A stretch of DNA of 64,000 nt from Candidatus Woesearchaeota archaeon (GTDB lineage: Archaea > Nanobdellota > Nanobdellia > Pacearchaeales > GW2011-AR1): assembly GCA_964581415.1 (NCBI GenBank), contig CAZOOJ010000001.1, positions 36,096 to 100,095 of the forward strand, written 5' to 3'. Below the pieces are notes generated by a model. That model was not told the DNA's origin. It made no database searches and saw only the letters and a program-made list of their open reading frames with translations. Of the stretch, positions 46,627 through 56,609 are shown one piece after another; within the stretch, counting starts at the first letter, position 1; every line of letters begins with the position of its first letter. The translations under genes were made by a program, and so were the position numbers.

Positions 46627-47895
46627 TTGGCAATTAAAATGGAAAATAAAATGAAAACAAAGAACATCGTAAGTTCTTTTCTAGCAATTTTAACAGTGTT
46701 ATTCTTAGTTTCTACAGTGAGTGCAACTGAAATAGCAGACATTACAAGTATGAAAATAAACGGAATAACTGTAACTTCCTGTAATAACTGTAATAATAAT
46801 CCTATAAGTGTTATTGCTGGAGAAATAATTAGTGCGGACGTTTATTTCATAGCTGAACAAAATGCATCTAATGTAAGGATGAAAGTCATGCTTGAAGGAA
46901 TCAAAGAAGATGTAAGTGCTAAAACAAATTTCTTTGATATTGAAGCTGGACATAGATATTCTAAAAGTGTTTCTTTAAGAGTTCCATATGAACTTAAAGA
47001 TGAAGTCAGTAGAGACATAACTCTTGAGATGAAGATATGGAATAGTGATTATGAAGCAGAAATTGATGAGATAGTTTTGAGAGTACAAAGACCTTCTTAT
47101 AATTTAGATATTATGTCAATAAGCACACATCAAAATATTGAAGCAGGAGAAACAATTCCAGTAGACATAGTGATAAAAAATATTGGTTATAACGATTTAG
47201 ATGATTTGTATATAACTGCAAAAATTCCTGGATTGGGTGTTGAAAAAAAAGCTTATTTCGGAGATTTAGTTTCAGCTGAATGCTGTGAAAATGATCCAGA
47301 TTGCTGTAATAGTAATGATGAAGATAGTGTTAGAGGAAGATTATATCTAGAAATTCCATATGACGCTAAAGAAGGAATCTACACTCTTGAAGTAGAAGCT
47401 GACAACAGTGATTTAAGCATCAGTAAAACTGAGCAAATCTACATAAGAAATGATTTCTCTGAAGGAAATGTAATTGTGTCTTCTTCAATAAGAAATGTTG
47501 CAGTTGGTGAAAACGCTGAATTTGATTTAGTGATAGTTAATCCTACAAACAAATTGAAAGTTTACAGAATAGTTACAACATCCTCTGGATTCTTGGATAC
47601 AGAAGCAAGTCAAACAGTAATAGCTGTTCCTGCAGGTTCAAGTGAAAGAGTTAAAATTACAGCTGTAGCAGAGAAAGAAGGAGAATATAGTTTCAATATG
47701 CATATCTTCTCAGGAGAAGAGCTTGTAAACACTAAAGAATTAAAAGTTAATGTATCTGGAAATGGAATAACAAATCCAGTAGTTATCTTGACAATTGTGT
47801 TAGCAATAATCTTCTTAGTGTTATTAGTAATTCTAATTATGTTGTTAGGAAAGAAACCTAAAAAGTCAGAAGAATTTGGAGAAAGTTACTACTAA
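46627..47895 (+). CDS. Secreted, C-terminally anchored Ig-like/CARDB surface protein
   Basis: Signal peptide (..LVSTVSA), beta-rich repeats (IKNIGYNDLDD), C-terminal TM + basic tail; start may be 46639 or 46651. Confidence 0.75.
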   Translation: MAIKMENKMKTKNIVSSFLAILTVLFLVSTVSATEIADITSMKINGITVTSCNNCNNNPISVIAGEIISADVYFIAEQNASNVRMKVMLEGIKEDVSAKTNFFDIEAGHRYSKSVSLRVPYELKDEVSRDITLEMKIWNSDYEAEIDEIVLRVQRPSYNLDIMSISTHQNIEAGETIPVDIVIKNIGYNDLDDLYITAKIPGLGVEKKAYFGDLVSAECCENDPDCCNSNDEDSVRGRLYLEIPYDAKEGIYTLEVEADNSDLSISKTEQIYIRNDFSEGNVIVSSSIRNVAVGENAEFDLVIVNPTNKLKVYRIVTTSSGFLDTEASQTVIAVPAGSSERVKITAVAEKEGEYSFNMHIFSGEELVNTKELKVNVSGNGITNPVVILTIVLAIIFLVLLVILIMLLGKKPKKSEEFGESYY

Positions 47896-48233
47896 ATTTT
47901 TTCTTTATTTTAATTTTTTATTTTTGTTTAACTTTCTCTTTTTTATTTTTGAATTTATATTCTGAAAAATAAGGCTTTAATACTGAGCTTATAAATATAA
48001 ATTAAGTTATTCTTTAATAGGTTGTTTTTGATAATTTATTTTTAAGGAATTAAATTCTGTAGGAATTATTATTAATTAGATAAAATTCTATGATGAAAAA
48101 ATATAGTTTTATCAAATCTAAAAATAATTAATTATTTAAAGGAATATAGAATAAAATGATTCTTATTGGAAGAAGTATATTAGAAAGCAAGAGAAATTAT
48201 TCTATATTTAATTACTTCTAATCAAATTCTTAT

Positions 48234-51092
48234 CTAAACTCTCAAACTGATTATTTTACTAATTCCTTCATGCATGCTTACTCCATAAAGATTTGTTGCT
48301 CTTGTTACAACTTCATCATTATGAGTTATTACTATATATTGTCCTTTTTTCATATATTTATTCAAAAGTCCTGCAAGTCTTTCTGAATTTCTTTTGTCAA
48401 GAGCAGCATCAATTTCATCAAGCATATAGAAATAATAAGGATTTAATTCCTGTATAGCAAAGATTAGAGATAAAGCAACAAGAGTCTGTTCTCCACCAGA
48501 AAGAGAAGTAACTTCAAAATATTTTCCATGTCCTGTTTTAACAACTATATTAACACCTCCTTCAAAAGGCTCTTTTTTATTCTCAAGTTCAAGCCATACT
48601 CTTCCTTTCATGCTCAGTTGGGAAAAGTTTTTTGAAAAAATTTCATTTAGAGAATTAAGAGTTTTGATAAATGTTTTTTTCTTTTTAATATCAATTTCAG
48701 AAATAATCTTTAGAACACTCTCTTTTTCTTTTACTATAATCTCCATTTTATCTTTTATAGAATCGTATTCTTTTTTTATAGACTCATAAACTTCTAAAGA
48801 ACGCAAATTTGGACTGCCTATTTTTGAAAAAATTTCTTGTGCTTTTTCAAGTCTTTGAATTAAATTCTCTCTTTTTGTATTTATAACTTCAATATTTTCA
48901 AATTCAGCAAATTCTGCTTCAAGATTTTCAGTTTCAGCATCAATTCTAGCTTTATGAATTTTAAGTTCATTTATCTCTCTTTCAAAATTTTCTATAGAAT
49001 TCTTTTGAGATAAAGAAAAATATTCGTTTTCTTTTATTTTTTTATTCAATTCTTCTGTTTGCCTAATCAGCTCTTTAAATTTCTTATTTAATTCTTCTTC
49101 ATTATTTCTTTTTTCATTTAAAGATTTATTTTTCAGCTCTATCTCTCTTTCTATTTCTTTTATCTCCTCATTCAACTCTTCTTCATTATTTTCTAACTGC
49201 TTTAAACTTATTTTTGCACGATCTAATTCTCTCTTTTTAAACAAAATCTCCGAATCTATTGTTTCTTCTGTTCTTAAGGAAATTTCCTGAAGCTCAATTC
49301 TAAAAGTTTCGCATTTTTGTTCTATGTTTAAACTATTTTCAGTTGAGATTTCTAAATATCTTTCTCTCTTTTTTAATTCAGAAAGTTCTTTTTTTTCATT
49401 TTCTTTTTTACCTTGAAGATTTTTAATTTGTTCTTTTTTCCCTTCAATATTTGAAAGTTTAATCAAATCAGATTCTCTTCTTAGTATATCTGAATTAATC
49501 TGTTCTATATCCTGTTTTAAAATTTCTCTTTTTTTTCCAATCTCACTTGATTGTTTATCTGATTCTTTTATCTGTTCTTTTAAAAGATTGATTTTCTCAT
49601 TTACTTTTTCATTTATGTAATCTATATGCTCTTTAGTGATTTTATTTCTACAAAGAGGGCATATATCTTTTTTTGGGATATCTTCTAACAATTTTTTTTG
49701 TCTTTCTATTTCATATTCGTTTGTATGAGATTTCTTTTCAAGTTCTATCTCCATTTTATTAAGTTTATCCAAAGAGTTTTCTTTTTCTTTTAAAGAAATT
49801 TTCAATTTTTCAAGTTTCTGAAAATCTGATTTTTTATCAAATAATTCTATTGACAGATTCTCTATTTGTTTTATTAAAAAATTAGATTCATTAGTGTAAT
49901 TTTTCAGAAGATTTTCTTTATCAGAAATTCTCTGTTTTAAAGATTTTAATTCTGATTTAAGAAGATAATATTTCTTTCTTTGTTTTTCTAACTTTTCAAG
50001 CTCTTTCTTTTTTTCTTTTAATTCATCCTGTTTTTTTATGTCTATAGAAGATTCATTCTGAAGCTGATTTAGAGAAAATTCATTATTTTTTATTGAATTC
50101 TGAAATTCTTTTTTTTGATTTTTCAATTCAAGGATTTTCTTTTTAAAATTATCAAATTTAACATTAAGTCCTGCTAATTCAGCTCTCAAATCTGCTATTT
50201 CTTTATTAAGTTTCTCTTGTTCTAATCCTGTTGAATCTTTTATTCTCAGATTTATTGAATTAATCTTTGATTGAAAATTTCTTGTAGAGCTTTCAATATT
50301 CAAAAGAATTTTTTTTATTTTTTCAATTTCTTTGTATTTTTTTTCTATTTCATTATTTGTCAAGTCTGCGTCTTTCTTCTTTTTGTTTAAATCGTAATTT
50401 ATTATGCTCGCTTTATATCTTCTAATATCTTTTTCAATTTTTTTATATCTCAATGCTTGCTGTCTTTCTTTTTCAAGATTATTTAAATAAGAGGTTCTTT
50501 CCTTTAGAATAGCTAAAATCTCTTTTAAGTTTTCTTCAATTTTTTCTAGTTCTTTCAGAGATTTGGTTTTACGAGACTCATAAATTGAAATTCCTGAAAC
50601 TTCTTCAATTATTCTTCTTCTTTCTTCAGTATGCATTCTTACAAAATTCTGAATTTCTCCCTGCAGAATTATATTAAATCCATTAGGGTCTATTCCTGCC
50701 TGTGCCAGCAAAAATAAAACTTCCTGTCTTGTTTTTGTTTCATCATTAATTTTATAAATGCTTTGTCCATTTTTCCTTACAATTCTTTTTATAGAAAGTT
50801 CATCTTTATCTAATGAAAAAACATTATTTGAATTATCAAAAATTAATTCTACACTTGCTTCTTTTGAAGGAGAAATATTTTTTGTTCCTAAAAAGATAAG
50901 ATTCTGTGATTTTGTAGCTCTCATAGATTTTATGCTTAATCTTCCTAAAACAAAACAAAGCGCATCTGTGATATTACTTTTACCAGAACCATTAGTTCCT
51001 ATTATAATATTTATTCCAGGTGTAAAAAGAATTTCTGTTTTTCTTGGAAAACTTTTAAATCCTTTTACCACCAATTTTTTTATATAGGTCAT
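48234..51092 (-). CDS. smc: Chromosome segregation SMC protein (short)
   Basis: GFKSF, GTNGSGKSN, long coiled coils, LSGGEQ, LDEIDAALD; central CPLC. Confidence 0.92.
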   Translation of the reverse strand: MTYIKKLVVKGFKSFPRKTEILFTPGINIIIGTNGSGKSNITDALCFVLGRLSIKSMRATKSQNLIFLGTKNISPSKEASVELIFDNSNNVFSLDKDELSIKRIVRKNGQSIYKINDETKTRQEVLFLLAQAGIDPNGFNIILQGEIQNFVRMHTEERRRIIEEVSGISIYESRKTKSLKELEKIEENLKEILAILKERTSYLNNLEKERQQALRYKKIEKDIRRYKASIINYDLNKKKKDADLTNNEIEKKYKEIEKIKKILLNIESSTRNFQSKINSINLRIKDSTGLEQEKLNKEIADLRAELAGLNVKFDNFKKKILELKNQKKEFQNSIKNNEFSLNQLQNESSIDIKKQDELKEKKKELEKLEKQRKKYYLLKSELKSLKQRISDKENLLKNYTNESNFLIKQIENLSIELFDKKSDFQKLEKLKISLKEKENSLDKLNKMEIELEKKSHTNEYEIERQKKLLEDIPKKDICPLCRNKITKEHIDYINEKVNEKINLLKEQIKESDKQSSEIGKKREILKQDIEQINSDILRRESDLIKLSNIEGKKEQIKNLQGKKENEKKELSELKKRERYLEISTENSLNIEQKCETFRIELQEISLRTEETIDSEILFKKRELDRAKISLKQLENNEEELNEEIKEIEREIELKNKSLNEKRNNEEELNKKFKELIRQTEELNKKIKENEYFSLSQKNSIENFEREINELKIHKARIDAETENLEAEFAEFENIEVINTKRENLIQRLEKAQEIFSKIGSPNLRSLEVYESIKKEYDSIKDKMEIIVKEKESVLKIISEIDIKKKKTFIKTLNSLNEIFSKNFSQLSMKGRVWLELENKKEPFEGGVNIVVKTGHGKYFEVTSLSGGEQTLVALSLIFAIQELNPYYFYMLDEIDAALDKRNSERLAGLLNKYMKKGQYIVITHNDEVVTRATNLYGVSMHEGISKIISLRV

Positions 51093-51134
51093 TAAGAAGA
51101 AAATATTTGGTTCTTTTTAAAGATTAAGATTAGA

Positions 51135-51809
51135 TTAAAAGTCTCCTAATTTTTTTTGCTCTATCTCTTCAAAAACATTTTTCCATGTTATCCATGTCTT
51201 TCTAAAAATTCCCTTGTTTTTATGTTTCTTTGCGTTTTCTTTTAGAAATCTTTTAGTTATTGGATCTGAACAATAACCAGAACCAATTCCATCTCCATAA
51301 ATTTCCTTAAGTTTGGAAATTTCTTTTTCTCTAGTAATCTTAGCTAAGATAGATGCTGCTGAAACAGAAACATGATTTTTATCAGCTTTATGTTCGCAGG
51401 AAATTTCTAAATTAGAAAGATTTTTTATCTTTGTTTTTAAAAAATCCTGCCATTTGGAAATTATTGTAGAGGGACAATCAACAATAACTTTTATCTTTTT
51501 AAATCCTTTATTTATCTTATTTATTATTTTAGCGCAAGCAATTGCTTCAACTTTATTTAGATTGATTCCATTTAAAGAATTTCCATCAATTTCTTCAGGA
51601 TAAATAGTTATAATTTCAAATGTTTCAGCTTTTTCCTTTATTTTTTCAGCTAAAAATTCTCTTCTTCTTTGAGTAAGCTGTTTAGAGTCTCTTACACCTA
51701 ATTTTTTTAATTCTCTTTCTGCATTTTCATTAATTAAACAGCCTGCAAGAACCATTGGGCCTATTACCGGACCTCTTCCAGCATCATCAATTCCAAGTTT
51801 AATTTGCAT
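51135..51809 (-). CDS. rnhB: Ribonuclease HII
   Basis: GIDDAGRGPVIGPMV, DSKQL, HKAD, AASILAK, GSGY. Confidence 0.97.
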   Translation of the reverse strand: MQIKLGIDDAGRGPVIGPMVLAGCLINENAERELKKLGVRDSKQLTQRRREFLAEKIKEKAETFEIITIYPEEIDGNSLNGINLNKVEAIACAKIINKINKGFKKIKVIVDCPSTIISKWQDFLKTKIKNLSNLEISCEHKADKNHVSVSAASILAKITREKEISKLKEIYGDGIGSGYCSDPITKRFLKENAKKHKNKGIFRKTWITWKNVFEEIEQKKLGDF

Positions 51810-52002
51810 AATTTGGAGAAAAAAAGTCTGTATATAAAACTTCCTATATTTTCAAATCTTAATATTAAAATCAGGACTCTAGAGATTCCTTTAAAAAAAT
51901 AGAATTTTATAATCTTTTTATTTATAGATAGATTCTCATTAAAGTCTATTAAAAATATTTATATAAGCAAGTTATTATCTTAAAAGAAGTTATAAAAAAC
52001 AA

Positions 52003-52084
52003 GCCGCTGTCGCATAGTGGTTATTGCACGGCACTGGAGCTGCCGGCCCTTCGGGGCGCCCAGGTTCGATTCCTGGCAGCGGCG
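52003..52084 (+). tRNA. tRNA-Ser(GGA)
   Basis: GCCGCTG/CAGCGGC, CGGCA-CTGGAGC-TGCCG, long variable arm, G73. Confidence 0.93.
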
Positions 52085-52103
52085 TTTATGCAGTTGAAAA
52101 TCA

Positions 52104-52185
52104 GCCCTCATCGCATAATGGTATTGCAACGGACTCGAGCTCCGTGTCCTTTTTGGACGTCCCTGTTCGATTCAGGGTGAGGGCG
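52104..52185 (+). tRNA. tRNA-Ser(CGA)
   Basis: GCCCTCA/TGAGGGC, ACGGA-CTCGAGC-TCCGT, long variable arm, G73. Confidence 0.92.
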
Positions 52186-52228
52186 TATTCGGAAAGTTTT
52201 ATAAGTAAAAACAGATAATCAGTAATAT

Positions 52229-52304
52229 AGCGGGATGGAGCAGTCTGGAGTGCTCGTCGGGCCCATAACCCGGAGGTCGCGTGGTTCAAATCCCGCTCCC
52301 GCTA
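52229..52304 (+). tRNA. Initiator tRNA-Met(CAT)
   Basis: A1-T72, three G-C pairs in anticodon stem (GGG/CCC), CAT anticodon. Confidence 0.9.
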
Positions 52305-52313
52305 TTCTTTAAA

Positions 52314-52730
52314 ATGCAGACATTTTTACCATATCCAAATATTGAAAAATCATTAAAAGTTTTAGATAACAAAAGGCTTGGAAAGCAGAGAGTTGAAGCT
52401 TATCAGATATTAAATATTCTTCTCAATAGAACTAAAACAAAAGGATGGAAAAATCATCCTGCTGTAAAAATGTGGAAAGGGCATTCTAATGCTTTAAAAT
52501 TATACTTTAATAAATCTCTAGAAGAATGGATTAAAAGAGGATATAAAAATAATATGAAATTAGAAAAAATTAGAGGAAAAATTAAAATGCCTAGATGGTT
52601 CGGAAATAAAAAATTTCATGCATCTCATAGAAGCAATTTATTAAGAAAAGATAAAAAATATTATTCTAAATTTAAATGGAAAGAAAAGAATAATCTGCCT
52701 TATGTTTGGAATATAAAAGAAATTATTTAA
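52314..52730 (+). CDS. MSMEG_6728 / pyrimidine-dimer DNA glycosylase-like protein
   Basis: MQTFLPY, LDNKRLGKQRVE, HPAVKMW, HASHRSNLLRK, LPYVW. Confidence 0.88.
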   Translation: MQTFLPYPNIEKSLKVLDNKRLGKQRVEAYQILNILLNRTKTKGWKNHPAVKMWKGHSNALKLYFNKSLEEWIKRGYKNNMKLEKIRGKIKMPRWFGNKKFHASHRSNLLRKDKKYYSKFKWKEKNNLPYVWNIKEII

Positions 52731-52783
52731 AACAATAAATCTTTATATTTTGAATATATAAAATATAAAAAAGGAGGTAAAAA

Positions 52784-53008
52784 ATGAAAAAAGATGTGTT
52801 TGAAAAGTTGTCTGCTTTAATTATTGCTGCTTTTGGATTAGTTGCTGCTTTGGCTTGGAATGGAGCAATTCAATCAATTTTTAAACAGGTGTTTGGAGAT
52901 TCTGAAACTATCGTAGCAATGTTATTTTATGCAACAATTGTTACTATAATAGCAGTAATAGTGGCTATTTGGATTGGAAAATTAGAAGCAAAAGCAAATA
53001 AGAAATAA
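52784..53008 (+). CDS. Small 2-TM protein (DUF5654-like)
   Basis: AAFGLVAALAWN..YA.IVTIIAV; SD AAAGGAGG. Confidence 0.85.
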   Translation: MKKDVFEKLSALIIAAFGLVAALAWNGAIQSIFKQVFGDSETIVAMLFYATIVTIIAVIVAIWIGKLEAKANKK

Positions 53009-53011
53009 AAA

Positions 53012-53311
53012 TTAATATCTGTATAGAAATTGCATTAGATTAATGATTATAATTGCAAAACCAATTACTATTCTTATTGTTTGTGTAGATTGTCTTTTCA
53101 ATGAAGTAGAAGGATGCTCAAAAATCCTCACAAATCCTTCAATAACAAAAAAATTGCAACCAGAAATGCAAGTATATCTCTAGCTATTGAATCAAAAGAG
53201 CTACATCCTTCATCAACAGAAGTTTGGTCAATTGTTTGAGTATAAAAAGTCACAGAAATAACTATTGCACATAAAAAATGTAAAAAGAAGTGTCTGGTTA
53301 ATGTTTTTCAT
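53012..53311 (-). pseudogene. Small membrane protein gene broken by two homopolymer indels
   Basis: ATG 53311 to TAA 53012 spans 300 nt; removing one T near 53275 and adding one near 53150 gives a 99-aa 3-TM protein. Confidence 0.55.
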
Positions 53312-53440
53312 ATTTATTATTTAAAAATAAAATTTATAAATTTTTTAGATTTCAAAATAAAAACTCTTAAATCTTCTTAATTAATTTTTATTAATAATAA
53401 TCCAAAAGTTTAAATTACAAAAAAAATATATAAAATTGAT

Positions 53441-53521
53441 GCCCTGATCGCATAATGGTATTGCACCAGATTGCTAATCTGGATCCTTCGGGATGCGCAG
53501 GTTCGATTCCTGCTCAGGGCG
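53441..53521 (+). tRNA. tRNA-Ser(GCT)
   Basis: GCCCTGA/TCAGGGC, CCAGA-TTGCTAA-TCTGG, variable arm ATCC-TTCG-GGAT. Confidence 0.94.
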
Positions 53522-53799
53522 TTTTCTTGGAAAAAAATAAATAGTTTAACTCCCTAAGAGAAATAGAGCTAAAATGTACAATATCCCAACTAATTAATAA
53601 CTATGCTTCTATTTTCTTTTTCTTCTATTTCTTCTCCACAAGAATTATAAAATTTACTCTCCTCACTTAACTTAAAATTACATTTATTGCATTTCATTTT
53701 TCTTAAATTTTGTAGAATTAAGACCAATTAACTTAACAACATATCTTAAAGATTAAATTTATAAATCTCAAGAATATTATTTTATAAAAGAAGTGAAAA

Positions 53800-54069
53800 A
53801 TGAAGAATCATTTTGATATAAAAAAGAGATTAATTAGCCACAAAAAGTTAGCACAAGAAAGAACAATTTTGGCTAATGAAAGAAATACCCTCGCTTATGT
53901 AAGAACTGGTTTTAGCTCTTTTGTTTTAGGTATCGCTTTAATAAAATTATTTGAAGAACATATTAAATATGTTTATGCAGGTTATGGTGCATTAAGCATG
54001 GGAATAATTTTAATTTTGTTTGGTTTAATTTATTATCCTTTAAGAAAAAAGAAGATACTTTCTTACTAA
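53800..54069 (+). CDS. DUF202 (YidH-like) membrane protein
   Basis: LANERNTLAYVRTG + 2 TM. Confidence 0.88.
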   Translation: MKNHFDIKKRLISHKKLAQERTILANERNTLAYVRTGFSSFVLGIALIKLFEEHIKYVYAGYGALSMGIILILFGLIYYPLRKKKILSY

Positions 54070-54141
54070 TTTATAAAAAAGTTTAGAAAAAATCGAAAAC
54101 CAAAACATTTAAAAAAGTTTTTTTTTTAGTTTGAGTATAAA

Positions 54142-54897
54142 ATGGAAAAATCAGAGGAAAAACAAAAAAAACAGGATAAAAATAAGCAAAATTTTTGGAA
54201 GAATGGGGCTATTTTGGTTTTAGCTGTTTTGGTTGTTGGAAGTTTTATAATTTTTTCAGGTGGAGATAATAATTCTAATTTAACTGGCAATGTTATTGCG
54301 ACAGTAAATGGAGAAAAAATAACTTCTGAGGAAGTCGAAGCTATTCAGCAATTATTTGTTCAACAAGGGCAACAAATCTCTGAAGAAGACGCTTTAGAAC
54401 AAGTTATAAATCAAGAATTAATCTCACAAGAAATGAAAAAAGGAGATTATTCTATTTCAACTGAAGAAGCAGAATCTATAATAAAAGAGCAAATTGCAAT
54501 GCAGGGCGCATCTTTAGAAGATTATAAGCAACAACTTTCTCAACAAGGAATTTCTTATGAAGAACAATTAGATTCTATTAAAGAAGAATTAGCAGTTCAA
54601 AAATATTTAGAAACTCAACTGGAGGGAGAAAGTTTTGAAGTTAGTGAAGAAGAAACTCGGGAATTTTATGAAATGTATGAACAGCAATCTCCAGAAGAAA
54701 TACCCTCTTATGATGAATTAGAACCTGAGATAATTGCAACATTAAAACAACAAAAACAACAAGAAGCAGTGAATATTCTTATTCAGGAACTTAGAGGAAA
54801 TGCAGAAATAGAATATTTACAAGAAGTAGATTCTAAAGCAGAAGCAATAGAAGAAATGCCAATTGAGGGAGAAATTCCTGTTGAGATTACTGAATAA
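54142..54897 (+). CDS. SurA N-terminal domain chaperone-like membrane-anchored protein
   Basis: TM, VIATVNGEKIT, ALEQVINQELI, LRGNAEI. Confidence 0.8.
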   Translation: MEKSEEKQKKQDKNKQNFWKNGAILVLAVLVVGSFIIFSGGDNNSNLTGNVIATVNGEKITSEEVEAIQQLFVQQGQQISEEDALEQVINQELISQEMKKGDYSISTEEAESIIKEQIAMQGASLEDYKQQLSQQGISYEEQLDSIKEELAVQKYLETQLEGESFEVSEEETREFYEMYEQQSPEEIPSYDELEPEIIATLKQQKQQEAVNILIQELRGNAEIEYLQEVDSKAEAIEEMPIEGEIPVEITE

Positions 54898-55193
54898 AAA
54901 AATTAATTTTAGTTCTATTTTTTAAAATGTGTTAATAGAATTCTCCTTTTTAGAAAAAAGAAGCAGAAGAAGGCAGTGGCTCACGAAAACAAATACAGCA
55001 ACAATTTTTATTGTCAATAATTACACTTTTTAACAAACTTCTGCACTCCTCAAGTAGCAATCTCATTTTAAAAGAAGAATATTCATAGCTGTTTCAAGGT
55101 AAATAAACAGAGCAACAAACTTTTCATAAAACACCTCACGAGATATTTAACCTTAGTTTAAGGTAGCAACATTTTTGCTTAGAATATTAGAAT

Positions 55194-55330
55194 TTATTCA
55201 GTGATCTTACTTTGTAAATCATCTAAGTTAAAAGGTCCTATGTTATTTTGTTTCATCTCTGCATCAATACCATCGCCTTCAAATCTAGGAATTATATGAA
55301 CATGAAAATGAGGATGATGATGCTTCTCCT
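55194..55330 (-). pseudogene. HIT-family hydrolase remnant
   Basis: Frame reads HHPHFHVHIIPRFEGDGIDAEM...ITE*, with in-frame stops upstream and no start. Confidence 0.6.
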
Positions 55331-55461
55331 ATAAACTATTTATTAGCAAGTCAAATAAACTTCTGTGCAGAATTACTTAATCATCATGCAGAATTGATTT
55401 TCCACACAAAACCTTCATCTTCAAAAGATTTAAATAATCAAAATAGATAATTAATATTAAA

Positions 55462-55909
55462 ATGGATTTTATAGGGGGGTGTTATTAGTTTAACTGAAAA
55501 AATTACTGCAGGAATATTTCCTTCATCTATTATAACCTTAGGATTTCTTCTTTCATTTTTATTTACAATTGCTTTTTATGTTTATTTTGCTCTTTCCTGG
55601 AGTGTAATTGCAAAAAAATTAAAATATAAAAATTATTGGCTTGCGTGGATACCTTTTGCAAATCTTGCAATGATTCTTCAACTTGGAGAATTTCACTGGG
55701 CTCTTATTTTCTTATTTTTAATTCCTATTTTGGGATGGATTGCTCTTTCTGTTTTAATAATTATTGCTATGTGGAGAATCTTTGAAAAAAGAAAATATCC
55801 TGGATGGTTTAGTTTATCTCTAATACTTCCTAAAATAGGAGGAGTATTATATTTAATAATAATTGGTTTTGTTGCATGGAAAGACAGAAAAAAACCTATT
55901 AAATTCTAA
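55462..55909 (+). pseudogene. Membrane protein frameshifted at a G6 tract
   Basis: ATG 55462; G6 at 55474-55479; G5 would join it to the open frame (..YVYFALSWSVIAKKLKYKNYWLAWIPFANL..) ending 55909. Confidence 0.65.
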
Positions 55910-55913
55910 TTAT

Positions 55914-56609
55914 TTAAGAATTATCAGAAGAGATAGAAATTCTTTGTTTTCCTTTAATATCTAAACTTTCAATATTTCCCTTAAAATTCAACTGATTTTC
56001 AACTGTCAAACTTCCCTGAAAATTCTTTATTAAAATATTATCTTCATCTAAGTGAAAAAAAGATCCTTTTTCAATTAATTCAATTTCTCCAGAAGTTTTA
56101 TAATCTAATTCTTTAATGAATATTCCATCATTTATCTTTAGAAAGTTATAAAAAATAGTTTCATCAAGGTTAATTTTTATTGTTTCCTTAGAATCAGGAA
56201 GAACAGGAACTCCATTAATAGAAATTTGAGATGCTTTTCCTTTTAATTTTGAAATTTCTTCTTGATTAAAAAAAATGTCTCCTTCAAAATTTTCTATTAT
56301 AATAAAATTCTCACTTGCCTCTAAAGGAAATTTCCCTTCTCCAATAGATAAAAAAGATGCTGAACTTCCTCTTATGTCTATTTTTGAAAATTCTCCGCTT
56401 AAAGATAAAGAAGTCTTGTCTAAACTAGCTGAAATCTCAATAGTATTATTTAAACTATCTGATTCTCTTAAAATTGTTTTGCCTATAAAAGAAAAACCTC
56501 CAAAAACAGAAGTATAAACAACCAAGAAAACCAATAATAAAAAAATCACTATTATAATCATCTTCGTTTTATGCTTATTAACATGTGCTAAATGATGTTC
56601 ATTATACAT
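55914..56609 (-). CDS. Hypothetical membrane-anchored protein
   Basis: N-terminal TM, beta-rich soluble domain. Confidence 0.7.
   Translation of the reverse strand: MYNEHHLAHVNKHKTKMIIIVIFLLLVFLVVYTSVFGGFSFIGKTILRESDSLNNTIEISASLDKTSLSLSGEFSKIDIRGSSASFLSIGEGKFPLEASENFIIIENFEGDIFFNQEEISKLKGKASQISINGVPVLPDSKETIKINLDETIFYNFLKINDGIFIKELDYKTSGEIELIEKGSFFHLDEDNILIKNFQGSLTVENQLNFKGNIESLDIKGKQRISISSDNS

Noticed and set aside
52024..52289. ORFs 52024-52218 (+) and 52101-52289 (-)
   Set aside because: They overlap three tRNA genes; spurious frames in GC-rich RNA sequence.
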